Made by a program: the position numbers and the translations under genes. The notes under the pieces are model-generated. The model worked only from the letters and a program-made list of their open reading frames with translations. It ran no database searches and had not been told where the DNA came from. Positions 8,938 to 18,690 of a DNA stretch of 64,000 bases are shown in pieces. The stretch comes from Candidatus Multivorans sp. (GTDB taxonomy: Bacteria > Acidobacteriota > Thermoanaerobaculia > Multivoradales > Multivoraceae), in assembly GCA_965224025.1 (NCBI GenBank), contig OZ245033.1, positions 3,840,001-3,904,000 of the forward strand. Reading direction: 5' to 3'. Every line of letters starts with the position of its first letter. Position 1 is the first letter of the stretch.

Positions 8938-10863
8938 ATGAAGAAGCTCACGATGGTCGCGGCGATGGCGGCGTTCTCCGCCTTCCTGCTTGTCGCCTGC
9001 GCTCCCGGCGACGACGCTGCCGACGGCGACGCGGCGACGGCGGGCGTCGCGGAAGGCCCGAACCCGACCCGGAACGCCTACTTCGGCGACCTCCACGTCC
9101 ACACGCGCTACTCCTTCGACGCCTTCATCTTCGGCACCACGACGGACCCGAACGACGCCTACGAGTTCGCCAAGGGCGGGACGATCAAGCATCCCGCCGG
9201 CTTCGACATGAAGCTCGACCGGCCTCTCGACTTCCAGGGCGTGACCGACCACGGCATGTACCTCGGCATGCTCCCGGCGATGACCGAGGAGGGTTCGCCT
9301 GCCTATGACCACCCGATCGCCGCCGACATGCGCGTGGCCGAAGAGGCCGACGAGCGTCGCGGCATCTTCGTCGGCATGCGCCCCTACCTGGCCGCCCGGG
9401 CGGGAGAGGACGAGCATCTCAACATGGACGTCGTCCGGGGCGCCTGGTCCAAGATCATCGAGGCGGCCGAGGCGCACAACGATCCGGGGAACTTCACGAC
9501 CTTCATCGCCTACGAGTACACGTCGTCCGGCTATGAGCGGGACAACCTGCACCGCAACGTGGTCTTCCGCGGTTCCGAGCATCCGGACGCACCGTTCAGT
9601 CGGACCGACTCTCAGAACCCCGAGGACCTCTGGGCCGCGATGGACGGGTGGCGGGAGCAGGGGATCGAAGCGCTCGCGATTCCGCACAACTCGAACGGCT
9701 CCGGCGGCCGCATGTTCGAGATGGAGAAGTTCTACGGCGACCCGCTCGACGACGAGTACGTCGACCTCCGGATGCGCAACGAACCGATCGTGGAGATGAC
9801 TCAGGTCAAGGGCACCTCGGACACCCACCCGGCGCTGTCGCCCAACGACGAGTGGGCCGACTTCGAGATCATGCCGTACAAGATCGCGACCACGATCATC
9901 AGCGACCCGCCCGGTAGCTACGTCCGCGACGCGCTGATCCGGGGTCTCCGGCTCGCCGACGGCGGCCTCGCGAACCCGTACAAGTTCGGCCTCATCGGCG
10001 CCAGCGACAACCACGTCTCGGGCGGAGCCTTCAACGAGGACAACTACTGGTCCAAGGTCGGGATCCTCGATGCCACCGCCGAGCTTCGGGGTTCGGTGCC
10101 CGGCACCGGCGCCAACCAGACCACGGGCGATCCGGCCCAACAGTCCGATTCCTCGATCCGCACCGACGACGGCTCGGGCCGCACCTTCCGCGACACCTAC
10201 TACTACACCTGGGGCGCCTCCGGCCTGGCCGGCGTCTGGGCCGAGGAGAACACCCGCGAGTCGATCTTCGACGCCATGCGGCGCAAGGAGACCTTCGCCA
10301 CCTCCGGACCGCGCATGAAGATCCGGTTCTTCGCCGGCGACTTCGAAGACGGCGACCTGGACGACGCCGAGTTCCTGACCAAGGCCTACGCCGAGGGCGT
10401 GCCCATGGGCGGCGACCTGCTGGCCGCCGATGACGCCTCGGCGCCGACCTTCGCCGTCATGGCGATGCGCGATTCGATGGGAGCGCCGCTGCAGCGGCTG
10501 CAGGTGATCAAGGGATCGTCGAAGGACGGCGAAGGGTCCGAGGTCGTCTACGACGTGGCCTGCTCCGACGGCGCCGCCGTCGACCCGGCCACCAACCGCT
10601 GCCCCGACAACGGCGCAATGGTCGATCTCGCCACTTGCGAAATCAGCGCCGACTCCGGCGCCGACGAACTGAAGGCGGTCTGGACCGACCCGGACTTCGA
10701 CGCCTCGGAGCGCGCCTTCTACTACGTCCGGGCGCTCGAGAACCCCACCTGCCGCTGGTCGACCTGGGACGCCATGCGCGCCGGCGTCGAACCACGCCAG
10801 GACATCTCGCCGACCCTCCAGGAACGCGCCTGGTCATCGCCCATCTGGTACAACGCGGACTAG
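8938..10863 (+). CDS. DUF3604 lipoprotein
   Basis: Lipobox LVAC; YFGDLHVHT, VTDH, NLHRNV, IPHNSN, QERAWSSPIWY. Confidence 0.85.
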   Translation: MKKLTMVAAMAAFSAFLLVACAPGDDAADGDAATAGVAEGPNPTRNAYFGDLHVHTRYSFDAFIFGTTTDPNDAYEFAKGGTIKHPAGFDMKLDRPLDFQGVTDHGMYLGMLPAMTEEGSPAYDHPIAADMRVAEEADERRGIFVGMRPYLAARAGEDEHLNMDVVRGAWSKIIEAAEAHNDPGNFTTFIAYEYTSSGYERDNLHRNVVFRGSEHPDAPFSRTDSQNPEDLWAAMDGWREQGIEALAIPHNSNGSGGRMFEMEKFYGDPLDDEYVDLRMRNEPIVEMTQVKGTSDTHPALSPNDEWADFEIMPYKIATTIISDPPGSYVRDALIRGLRLADGGLANPYKFGLIGASDNHVSGGAFNEDNYWSKVGILDATAELRGSVPGTGANQTTGDPAQQSDSSIRTDDGSGRTFRDTYYYTWGASGLAGVWAEENTRESIFDAMRRKETFATSGPRMKIRFFAGDFEDGDLDDAEFLTKAYAEGVPMGGDLLAADDASAPTFAVMAMRDSMGAPLQRLQVIKGSSKDGEGSEVVYDVACSDGAAVDPATNRCPDNGAMVDLATCEISADSGADELKAVWTDPDFDASERAFYYVRALENPTCRWSTWDAMRAGVEPRQDISPTLQERAWSSPIWYNAD

Positions 10864-10881
10864 CAACTTGCGCGGCAGCTA

Positions 10882-10913
10882 CTGGGTGCTCCGGCGTCCC
10901 CGCCGGCATCCGG
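10882..10913. repeat. REP-like palindrome (CTGGG-N3-hairpin-ATCC family)
   Basis: CTGGGTGCTCCGGCGTCCCCGCCGGCATCCGG; same frame as the copies at 15045, 17233, 24587 and 63368. Confidence 0.7.
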
Positions 10914-10932
10914 CTTGAGGGCAACGGGAACC

Positions 10933-11565
10933 ATGGACTTCGACGTTGCAATTCATCTCGGCACCGTCGAGCGTTCCGTGTCGTCGCCGGAACACGACAG
11001 CCAACCCGCTCGCGCAGTCACCCTGTCTCGCAGCTTCCCCACGACGGTCGAGGATCTCTGGGACGCCGTCACCAACGAGAAGCGCCTCCCACTCTGGTTT
11101 CTCCCGGTCGCCGGCGAACTCCAACTCGGCGGCCGCTATCAACTCGAGGGCAACGCCGGCGGCCTGATCACGGCGTGCGAGCCACCCGCACGTCTCGCGA
11201 TCACATGGGAGTTCGGCGACGACACGAGTTGGGTGGAAGTACGAATCTCAGACGATGGGCCGCGCCGCGCGCGACTCACCCTCACGCACACCGCGGAACT
11301 CTCGCCACATTGGGACCACTACGGACCCGGCGCAACCGGCGTCGGCTGGGAGTTGGGCCTCATGGGCCTTGCGCTACACATCACGCAGCCAGCCGAATCC
11401 CAACTGGACGAAGCCGCCTTCGCCGCTTCTCCCGACGGCAACGCGTTCATCAAAGCCAGCAGCGACGGCTGGGGACAGGCCGCAGTTGCCTCTGGAACGG
11501 AGCCCGACGCCGCCCACGCCGCCGCACGGCGCACCACCGCCTTCTACACCGGCGAATCCGCCTAG
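10933..11565 (+). CDS. SRPBCC/AHSA1 family protein
   Basis: DLWDAVT..RLPLWFLPV.GEL..GGRYQLEGNAGG, GVGWEL. Confidence 0.85.
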   Translation: MDFDVAIHLGTVERSVSSPEHDSQPARAVTLSRSFPTTVEDLWDAVTNEKRLPLWFLPVAGELQLGGRYQLEGNAGGLITACEPPARLAITWEFGDDTSWVEVRISDDGPRRARLTLTHTAELSPHWDHYGPGATGVGWELGLMGLALHITQPAESQLDEAAFAASPDGNAFIKASSDGWGQAAVASGTEPDAAHAAARRTTAFYTGESA

Positions 11566-13352
11566 TTGTCGCTGCGCAACACGGACACGAACGCTTCCTG
11601 GGGGATGTCGACGGAGCCGACGCGTTTCATGCGCTTCTTGCCCTCGCGCTGCTTCTCGAGCAGTTTGCGCTTGCGGGTGATGTCGCCGCCGTAGCACTTG
11701 GCGGTGACGTCCTTGCGGAAGGCGCCGATCGTGGTGCGGGCGATGATCTGACCGCCGATCGCCCCCTGGATGGCGATCTTGAACTGCTGGCGCGGGATCG
11801 TGTCCTTGAGGCGCTCGCAGTAGCGCAACGCCCGCCGCCGCGCCTTTTCCCGGTGCACGAGCTGCGACAGGGCATCGACCCGTTCGCCGTTGACGAGGAT
11901 GTCGACCTTGACCAGGTCCGTCACCCGTGACTCGATGAGTTCGTAGTCGAACGAGCCGTAGCCCTGGGTTACCGTCTTCAGGCGGTCGTAGAAGTCGAAG
12001 AGCACTTCGGCAAGCGGCAGTTCGCAGGTCAGTTCGACGCGTCCCACGGCCAGGTAGTGGATGTTCGTCTTGCCGCCGCGACGCTCCAGGCAGAGTTCCA
12101 TGACCGCCCCGAGGTAGCGCTCCGGCAGCATGATCGAGGCCTTGATGTACGGCTCGGCGACGGTCGCGATCTCGGAAGGGTCGGGATACGCCGACGGATT
12201 GTCGATCCGTCGCTTCGCGCCGTCCGACATCTCCACCAGGTACTGCACGGACGGCGCCGACAGCACCAGAGACAGCCCGTACTCGCGCTCCAGGCGCTCC
12301 TGCACCACGTCCAGGTGCAGCAGGCCCAGAAAGCCGCAGCGGAAGCCGAAGCCGAGGGCCGAGGACGAGTCCTTGTCGTAGGTCAGCGCTGCGTCGTTCA
12401 GAGCCAGCTTCTCGAGCGCGTGAGTCAGGTCCTCGTAGTTGTTGCTCGACACCGGGTAGATCGATGAGAAGACCACCGGCTTCGCCTCGCGATACCCGGG
12501 GATCGGTTCGACCGCGCCGTTCGCCGCGGTCGTGATCGTGTCGCCGATGTCGATTTCCGAGATGTTCCGGATCCCGGCGATCACGTAGCCCACCGCCCCG
12601 GCCTCCAGTTCCTCGGTCCGGCGCCGTTTGAGCAGCAGGGTCCCCACCTCCTCGACGTCGTGCTCGCTGCCGGTGTGCATCAGGCGCACCTTCTGCTTCG
12701 GCCGCAGAAGGCCGTCGCGCACCCGCACCAGCAGCACGACGCCGCGGTACGGGTCGTACTGGGCGTCGAACACCAGCGCCTTGAGCGGGGCTTCCAGCGT
12801 GCCCGACGGCGCCGGCAACCGGGCCGTGATCGCGTCCAAGACGTCCTCGACACCCTGGCCGGTCTTGGCCGAGCACTGCACCGCCTCGAACGGATCGAGC
12901 CCCAGGTCACTCTCGATCTCTTCCAGCACCCGGTCGACATCGGCAGAAGGAAGATCGATCTTGTTGATCACGGGAATGATCGCGAGGTCGTACTCGAGCG
13001 CCAGATAGAGGTTGGCTACTGTCTGCGCCTCCACTCCCTGGGAGGCGTCGATCAGCAGCAGCGCTCCTTCGCAGGACATGAGCGACCGCCGCACCTCGTG
13101 CGAGAAGTCGACATGGCCCGGCGTGTCGATCAGGTTCAAACGGCAGAGCCGGCCCTCGCCGTCGTGATGGCGCAGGGTGACCGTGTTGCTCTTGATCGTG
13201 ATCCCCCGCTCCCGTTCGATGTCCATCGAGTCCAGGATCTGGTCCCGAAACTGGCGATCCTCCACCGCGCCGCAGTGCTGGATCAGCCGGTCGGCAAGCG
13301 TCGACTTGCCGTGGTCGACGTGAGCGATGATGCAGAAGTTACGGACCGACAT
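11562..13352 (-). CDS. lepA: translation elongation factor 4
   Basis: RNFCIIAHVDHGKSTLADR, DTPGHVDF, KCYGGDITRKRKLLEKQ; 596 aa from ATG 13352. Confidence 0.97.
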   Translation of the reverse strand: MSVRNFCIIAHVDHGKSTLADRLIQHCGAVEDRQFRDQILDSMDIERERGITIKSNTVTLRHHDGEGRLCRLNLIDTPGHVDFSHEVRRSLMSCEGALLLIDASQGVEAQTVANLYLALEYDLAIIPVINKIDLPSADVDRVLEEIESDLGLDPFEAVQCSAKTGQGVEDVLDAITARLPAPSGTLEAPLKALVFDAQYDPYRGVVLLVRVRDGLLRPKQKVRLMHTGSEHDVEEVGTLLLKRRRTEELEAGAVGYVIAGIRNISEIDIGDTITTAANGAVEPIPGYREAKPVVFSSIYPVSSNNYEDLTHALEKLALNDAALTYDKDSSSALGFGFRCGFLGLLHLDVVQERLEREYGLSLVLSAPSVQYLVEMSDGAKRRIDNPSAYPDPSEIATVAEPYIKASIMLPERYLGAVMELCLERRGGKTNIHYLAVGRVELTCELPLAEVLFDFYDRLKTVTQGYGSFDYELIESRVTDLVKVDILVNGERVDALSQLVHREKARRRALRYCERLKDTIPRQQFKIAIQGAIGGQIIARTTIGAFRKDVTAKCYGGDITRKRKLLEKQREGKKRMKRVGSVDIPQEAFVSVLRSDN

Positions 13353-13480
13353 GGGCGCCCCGCATCCTATTGCGCCCGGCCCCGGGCCGGCATCTGCCAC
13401 CGCGTGCGCCTGCATCCGCCGCTGGGACTCTCCACCCTTTAGCAAATGTGTTTTGGGGAGGCTGCTGCGGGTCAGGGAGG

Positions 13481-14733
13481 TCATGCGACCTGGGCATGGC
13501 ATCGCTTGTTGGGGTCGAAGAGAGTCGGCCTCGGAGCATGGCGCAGGCGACGCCGAGGAGTCGGTCGACGAGTTGTCTGATGGCGCGTCCGTGCGTCTTT
13601 CCCTGGGCTTTCATGGCGTCGTACTTGGCGCGGCTGATCGGGTCGTGCTGGATGGCGACTCGTCCCCAGTGATAGACGGCGTCGCTGAGGTGTTCGTTGG
13701 CGGCGAGTCGTCGCATGACGATGAGCTTCTTGCCGGACTTGACGGTCACCGGCGCCACTCCGCAGAGGCAACGCAGTGCCTCGTGGTCTCTGCGGCCCAG
13801 GCTTTGATCGGCCTCGGAGAGCAGGGTGGCGAGGCCGACCTTGCCGAGTCCGGGCAGCGACCTGAGGATGGCGGCGTCGCTCGGCTTAGGGGAGTCGTCG
13901 TCGTTTTCCCGTTGGGCCGGGGCCTCGAGTGCGCGGGTCATCCGCTCCAGCCGCTTGTCGGCGTCGGCGAGTTGGCGGCAGACGGTGTCGAGCACCGGCC
14001 GGAGGAGTCCTATGTGTTCGACGGCGGCCTTAACGGTGTCCGGGGAAACGGCGATCGGCTCGGCCCGCAGTTGATCGCGCAGTTGGGCGGAGGTCAGGCG
14101 CCGGATGCGGTGTTCCTTGAGCAGTTTGGCGAGCGTGGCTTCGCGCAGCCGTCGAGCCTTGCCGGGGGTCGGCGCCAGTCGCCACAAGGCCAGCGCGAAG
14201 GGCGCCGACACCTCGTTCTTGACCACGGCGAGAAACTGCGGGTAGTAGCGCCAGAGCTGGTCGCGGACCTGGTTCTCCAGGCGGTTCTTCTGGCCGACCA
14301 ACTGCTTGCGGCCGCGGGACACCTCGCGCAGCATCACGATGGCGGCATCGGATGGTTGCACGCGGTTCAGGCACTCGGGGTCGGTGCGAAGCGCGGCGGC
14401 GAGCGCCCGTGCATCGCGGCGGTCATCCTTGGCGCCGGCGACGGAGAAGCGGTCCCTGAAGCGGTCGAGCTGCTTGGGGTTGATCGAATGCACGGCGAAG
14501 CCCCGCTCCAGGAGAGTCTCGACCACCGGTCCGTGCGGCACCTCGATGGCGACGCCGATCTCGTCCGGAGACGTCGGTCGGGTATGTCCAAGGAGCCAGT
14601 CGGCCATGGCGGCAAGTCCCTTGCCGCTGTGGTCGAACGCCCGCTCCCCCCTCACCTTGCCGTCCCGATCCAGCACACACACGTGGTGGGTCTCGGACCC
14701 CCAGTCCACGCCGGCGAACCACGTCCTGGTCAT
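13481..14733 (-). CDS. IS110 DEDD recombinase with an apparent 1-nt deletion near the C-terminus (~13525)
   Basis: AGVDWG, AIEVP, KDDRRDA (DEDD), SLPGLG, APVTVKSG catalytic-Ser motif; the natural end TLFDPNKRCHAQVA* is in another frame; AAGGAGG RBS. Confidence 0.9.
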
Positions 14734-14768
14734 CTCGTCCTCCTTCTCCCTTGCGGTAGTGTTGCCTG

Positions 14769-14923
14769 GTCGGCATGCCGCGTTGCCTGCCCGTACCTGT
14801 ACTGGTGCTCTAAGGCACTGACTCTCCACTGGGCGTCCAACGCGGCGAAGCAGCCAGGGCACGGGTCCCAGCCAGGTGCTCGAAGCACAGTGCGCCGGTG
14901 GTTGCTCCTGGCTGCTTGCCGAC
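14769..14923 (-). ncRNA. IS110 bridge RNA core (target-binding and donor-binding loops)
   Basis: Outer stem GTCGGC/GCCGAC; two stem-loops, each with an internal GTGC..GCAC hairpin flanked by guides matching the target and donor sites; the true 5' end probably lies further upstream toward ~15028. Confidence 0.85.
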
Positions 14924-15044
14924 TTTCCTTCAGTGACTCCGGCAGGCCGGAGACGCAACCGACCGGCGGTCTCGGCTGCGGAAGCTGCCGGTCCATTCCA
15001 CCTCTCTCAACGACACGCCAGAATGCATCCCGGAAAGGTACAGG

Positions 15045-15081
15045 TACGCCGGCCTCCGGCCGGCATCCGCCGAAGGCGGAA
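15045..15081. repeat. right part of the REP-like palindrome split by IS110, plus a TCCGCCGAAGGCGGA hairpin
   Basis: TACGCCGGCCTCCGGCCGGCATCCGCCGAAGGCGGA. Confidence 0.7.
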
Positions 15082-15126
15082 TCCGGAACAACCACCTCGA
15101 CCTGGGAGTTGCTAACTTCCCACACC

Positions 15127-16038
15127 ATGTCCACCCCCGCCGCAGCCGCACAGACCACCATCCGCATCGTCGGCGCGCCGCTCGACCTCGGCCAGGCGCG
15201 CCGCGGCGTCGACCTGGGACCGACCGCGCTCCGCTACGCGGGTCTCAAGTCCGCCCTGAGGCGACTCGGCTACCGGGTCGAGGACCGGGGCAACATCGAG
15301 ACCGTCGAGCGGGACACACTGCCCGAGGAACCCGGCCTGGGTTTCCTGCAACCGGTCGTCGACGCCTGCGAGCACATCTACGAGGCCAGCCGGCAGGCGG
15401 TGGCCGAGGGCGCCGTGCCGCTGGTGCTCGGCGGCGACCACTCGATCGCCGTCGGCACCGTCGGCGGCGTCTCGCACGAGCACCGCACAGGCGTCCTCTG
15501 GATCGACGCCCACGGCGACTTCAACACCCCGGACACCTCTCCGACCGGCAACCTCCACGGCATGCCCCTCGCCGCCCTGTGCGGACACGGCGCATCGGAA
15601 CTGGTCGATGCCGGTCGCCCCGGCGCCAAGCTCCGGGCCGAGGACGTCGTCCTCTTCGGCGTCCGCGACCTCGATCCCGGCGAGCAGGCCCTGATCCAGC
15701 AGGCCGGCATCACCACCTACACGATGCGCCAGATCGACGAGCGAGGGCTGGCGCCGGTCGCCGCCGAGGCTCTCGAAGGCCTGGGCCACGTGGACCGGAT
15801 CCACGTCAGCCTGGACATGGACTCGATCGATCCCCATGAGGCCCCAGGCGTCGGCACGCAGGTGCCCGGCGGCCTGAGCTACCGCGAAGGCCACCTGCTG
15901 ATGGAACTGATCGCCGAGCACGGGAGCATCGGCTCCGTCGACGTGGTCGAAGTGAACCCGATCCTCGACACCCGCAACCAGACCGCGAAGCTCGCGCTCG
16001 GTCTGTTGAGCTCCCTCTTCGGCCGCAGCATCCTGTAA
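15127..16038 (+). CDS. rocF: arginase
   Basis: GGDHSIAVG, WIDAHGDFNTP, SPTGNLHGMP, HVSLDMDSIDP, EVNP. Confidence 0.92.
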   Translation: MSTPAAAAQTTIRIVGAPLDLGQARRGVDLGPTALRYAGLKSALRRLGYRVEDRGNIETVERDTLPEEPGLGFLQPVVDACEHIYEASRQAVAEGAVPLVLGGDHSIAVGTVGGVSHEHRTGVLWIDAHGDFNTPDTSPTGNLHGMPLAALCGHGASELVDAGRPGAKLRAEDVVLFGVRDLDPGEQALIQQAGITTYTMRQIDERGLAPVAAEALEGLGHVDRIHVSLDMDSIDPHEAPGVGTQVPGGLSYREGHLLMELIAEHGSIGSVDVVEVNPILDTRNQTAKLALGLLSSLFGRSIL

Positions 16039-16188
16039 CGGGTACTTCTTCTACGGTGGGTAGGAGCTGACGGCTTGGCCGCGGGTTCTGTGACTCCAAC
16101 CGGCTGCGCCGCACCATCGTCGCCAAACGCGCGAATTCTGGACGTCCGACGAGAACAGGCGCTACCTCAACGACATCGGCGACTTGCC

Positions 16189-16662
16189 TTAAAGAAGATC
16201 GTGGGGCTCTCGCAACCACTCGTTCTCGACTTCCAGGTCTCGAAAGAGCGAATGCAGGGACTCTCTGATCCTGAACAGATGGGCTATCCGATCCCGAACG
16301 TCGCGGCCGTGAAGCTCTTCGCGTCCCGTCAGCATCGCGGCCGCGTGGTCTGCGTCACCGGCACCGAAGCCGAGGAGACCAGCCAGATCTTCCCGACTCA
16401 GGCGCCAGAAGTCAGCCAGCTTCAAGGCGAACTGGATTGGACCGGCAGGCCGCGCAGGTAGTCCTGGAAGCGTGCCTTGACTCCGAGAGCTTCGCGTCTC
16501 GGGTGGCGATTCCACTGAGGATCGACTCCTGATCCGTGGATCGCGAAAGAGCCCCGCGTACTTTCCCGTCCGAGCCGAAGGCGGCCTAACGGCCCGGCCG
16601 CCGCGCACGAGAGCCCGCAAAGTCCGGCGCGCTGGTTTCGGTCGCTCCTTCTTCACGCTCAT
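16189..16662 (-). pseudogene. truncated Xre/MbcA/ParS-type (DUF2384-like) antitoxin
   Basis: FW.LSREDLAGLLG...DRIAHLFRI..SLHSLF...EWLREPH; the expected motif continues past the TAA (GKSPMSL); start uncertain. Confidence 0.6.
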
Positions 16663-16741
16663 GACCAAGCGCGATGGTATCCGACCCATCCGCTCGCAGC
16701 GAGGCAGAATACGGGCTTCACGTCACCACCAGGAGACCCCA

Positions 16742-17224
16742 ATGACCGACGACCAACGCCAGTACTGGCTGATGAAGAGCGAGCCGGGCGAGTACTCGAT
16801 CGACGACCTCGAACGGGACGGCACGACCTACTGGGACGGCGTGCGCAACTATCAGGCCCGCAACCTGATGCGCGACCGGATGCTGATCGGCGACGGAGTT
16901 CTCTACTACCACTCGAACGCGAAGCCGACGGCCGTGGTCGGCCTGGCTCGCGTGTGCAGCGAGTCCTACCCGGACCCGACCCAGTTCGATCCGGACGATG
17001 CTCACTACGACCCGAAGTCGGACCCCGAGAATCCCCGCTGGCACCTGGTCGACATCGAGTTCGAACGCAAGTTCGACGAGCCCGTGACCCTGGCGGAGCT
17101 ACGCCAGCGCCCCGATCTCGAAGGGATGGCCCTGCTCCGCCGGGGACAGCGGTTATCGGTGCAGCCGGTCACCGCCCGCGAGTGGCGGATCGTGTGCCAG
17201 ATAGGGGGAGTCGCCTTGGAGTAG
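16742..17224 (+). CDS. EVE domain protein
   Basis: YWLMKSEP, WDGVRNYQARN, YYHSN, RLSVQPV. Confidence 0.93.
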   Translation: MTDDQRQYWLMKSEPGEYSIDDLERDGTTYWDGVRNYQARNLMRDRMLIGDGVLYYHSNAKPTAVVGLARVCSESYPDPTQFDPDDAHYDPKSDPENPRWHLVDIEFERKFDEPVTLAELRQRPDLEGMALLRRGQRLSVQPVTAREWRIVCQIGGVALE

Positions 17225-17232
17225 CGCCAGCG

Positions 17233-17264
17233 CCGGATGCGGGCGAGACGCCCGCGTTCCCAGG
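17233..17264. repeat. REP-like palindrome (uninterrupted copy)
   Basis: CCGGATGCGGGCGAGACGCCCGCGTTCCCAGG between convergent genes. Confidence 0.75.
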
Positions 17265-17312
17265 GGGCGGCTCAGTGGCCGGACGGCGTCTAAGTGGACC
17301 GCATGCGGTCAC

Positions 17313-18524
17313 TCAGTTCACGCTAGCGACACGGACGCTGCCGGAGCCCGTGTCGAGGATCACGTTCGCATCGCCGTCGCCGGCAACGAAGCGCATCTCG
17401 CCTCGCGACTTGTGCAGCGTCTTCGTGATCGGCACATCGACATCGATGCCGCCGCTGCCAACGTCGATGTCGAACCGGGCCGACAGGTCGTCCGGAACCA
17501 GCATGACGATGCCGCCAGAGCCGGTGTCGATCTCGAATCTGCCATCGCCCATCCGCTCCAGAGCCAGGTGCACTCTGCCGCTGCCCGTATCGATCACCGC
17601 GGCGTCGGCGCCCACGGATTCGACCCGCACGCTGCCGCTCCCCGTGTCGATCGTGAGCCTCTTGGCTTCCACGCCGTCCACGGTCACTCCGCCGCTGCCG
17701 GTGTCTATATCGATCGCCTCGGCCGACACCTCGGTGATCGCCACCGAGCCGCTGCCGGTGTCGATAGAGAGCGCGTCGCCTTCGAAACGGTCGAGTCGGG
17801 CTTTGCCGCTGCCGGTGTCCATAAGCAACCGGCCGCGAACGTCCTGCACCGCCAGCCCGCCGCTGCCGACCCGGATCCGCACATCGCCATCAAGGCCGGC
17901 AGCTTCCGCCATCCCGGCTCTGGTCTTCAGTTCCAGATCAGCCGCGACGTCGGACACGTCGATGTCGCCCGCTCCCAACTCGACCTCGAGCGACCGGCCC
18001 TCCGGCACGCGAATCGTCACATCGGCCCAGGCTTCCAGGCCGCTGCCGGTCCTCACGACCCGGATGCGGCGGCCGGATACGGAGCGCAGGATCTCGCCCA
18101 GCAGACTGTGGGAGCCGCTCTGCCGGCGCGACCACAGGTTCGACGAACGACGGCTGAACTCGGGATAGACGTACCGCCTCTCCTCGTCGACCGGGAACTC
18201 GACGGCCAGCCGAGCCCGCGAGCCACGCGTGTCCTGGTCGAGTCTGATGTTCTCGCGGGTGCCGTCCTCGCCGCGGACCGACACCTCCACCTCGAACTCA
18301 TCGCCGGCCGCCTGCCTGACTTCCACCTTGCCAATCAGACTGGAAACCGAGAGAGAGTCGGCGTCGAAACGGTAACTCTCGTCGAACTCACCCAACGCCG
18401 GGACGGCCAGGAATACGATTGCGCAAAGCGCGCCCATGCCCGGGCGCCCTGACGGTCTTCGCTGCCCGCGGGCCGCGGCGCGACCCGGGGAGTCCGTTGC
18501 GGTTCTCGAAGATCGGTTGGTCAT
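17313..18524 (-). CDS. DUF4097 beta-strand repeat (adhesin-like) protein
   Basis: Repeated IDTGSG.V motifs about every 20 aa; AAGGAG RBS. Confidence 0.85.
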   Translation of the reverse strand: MTNRSSRTATDSPGRAAARGQRRPSGRPGMGALCAIVFLAVPALGEFDESYRFDADSLSVSSLIGKVEVRQAAGDEFEVEVSVRGEDGTRENIRLDQDTRGSRARLAVEFPVDEERRYVYPEFSRRSSNLWSRRQSGSHSLLGEILRSVSGRRIRVVRTGSGLEAWADVTIRVPEGRSLEVELGAGDIDVSDVAADLELKTRAGMAEAAGLDGDVRIRVGSGGLAVQDVRGRLLMDTGSGKARLDRFEGDALSIDTGSGSVAITEVSAEAIDIDTGSGGVTVDGVEAKRLTIDTGSGSVRVESVGADAAVIDTGSGRVHLALERMGDGRFEIDTGSGGIVMLVPDDLSARFDIDVGSGGIDVDVPITKTLHKSRGEMRFVAGDGDANVILDTGSGSVRVASVN

Positions 18525-18690
18525 CGGTCTCTCCTTGTTTCCGGGACTGAGAGTGGAGGCGCCCGACGCGCCCTTCACCGCTACACAACGCAAACGAGCG
18601 GGCAGGGTTTCACCGAACGCCCTCCGGCCGCTGTGCCGACTGCTATCGTCCCTTTCGTCGATCCGCGGCCCAGGAGGACGGTCCCAGACC

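Larger units (their letters stand above)
13427..15044 (-). mobile_element. IS110-family insertion sequence inserted in a REP-like palindrome
   Basis: GG core dinucleotide at both junctions (13425-26 and 15043-44); removing the element restores GCTGGGTACGCCGGCCTCCGGCCGGCATCC, a REP-family copy; no terminal inverted repeats. Confidence 0.88.

Noticed and set aside
13339-13502. Extended lepA N-terminus and extended transposase C-terminus overlapping each other
   Set aside because: LepA homology starts at 13352; the transposase extension results from the frameshift at ~13525 and runs past the IS end
13327-16038. 903-aa ORF apparently fusing an unknown domain to arginase
   Set aside because: The N-terminal ~600 aa is the antisense shadow of the IS110 element; arginase starts at ATG 15127 after its own -10 box
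17340-17900. Recurring GCCGCTGCCGGTGTCGAT-like DNA repeats
   Set aside because: They encode the IDTGSG protein repeats of DUF4097 and are not a non-coding array
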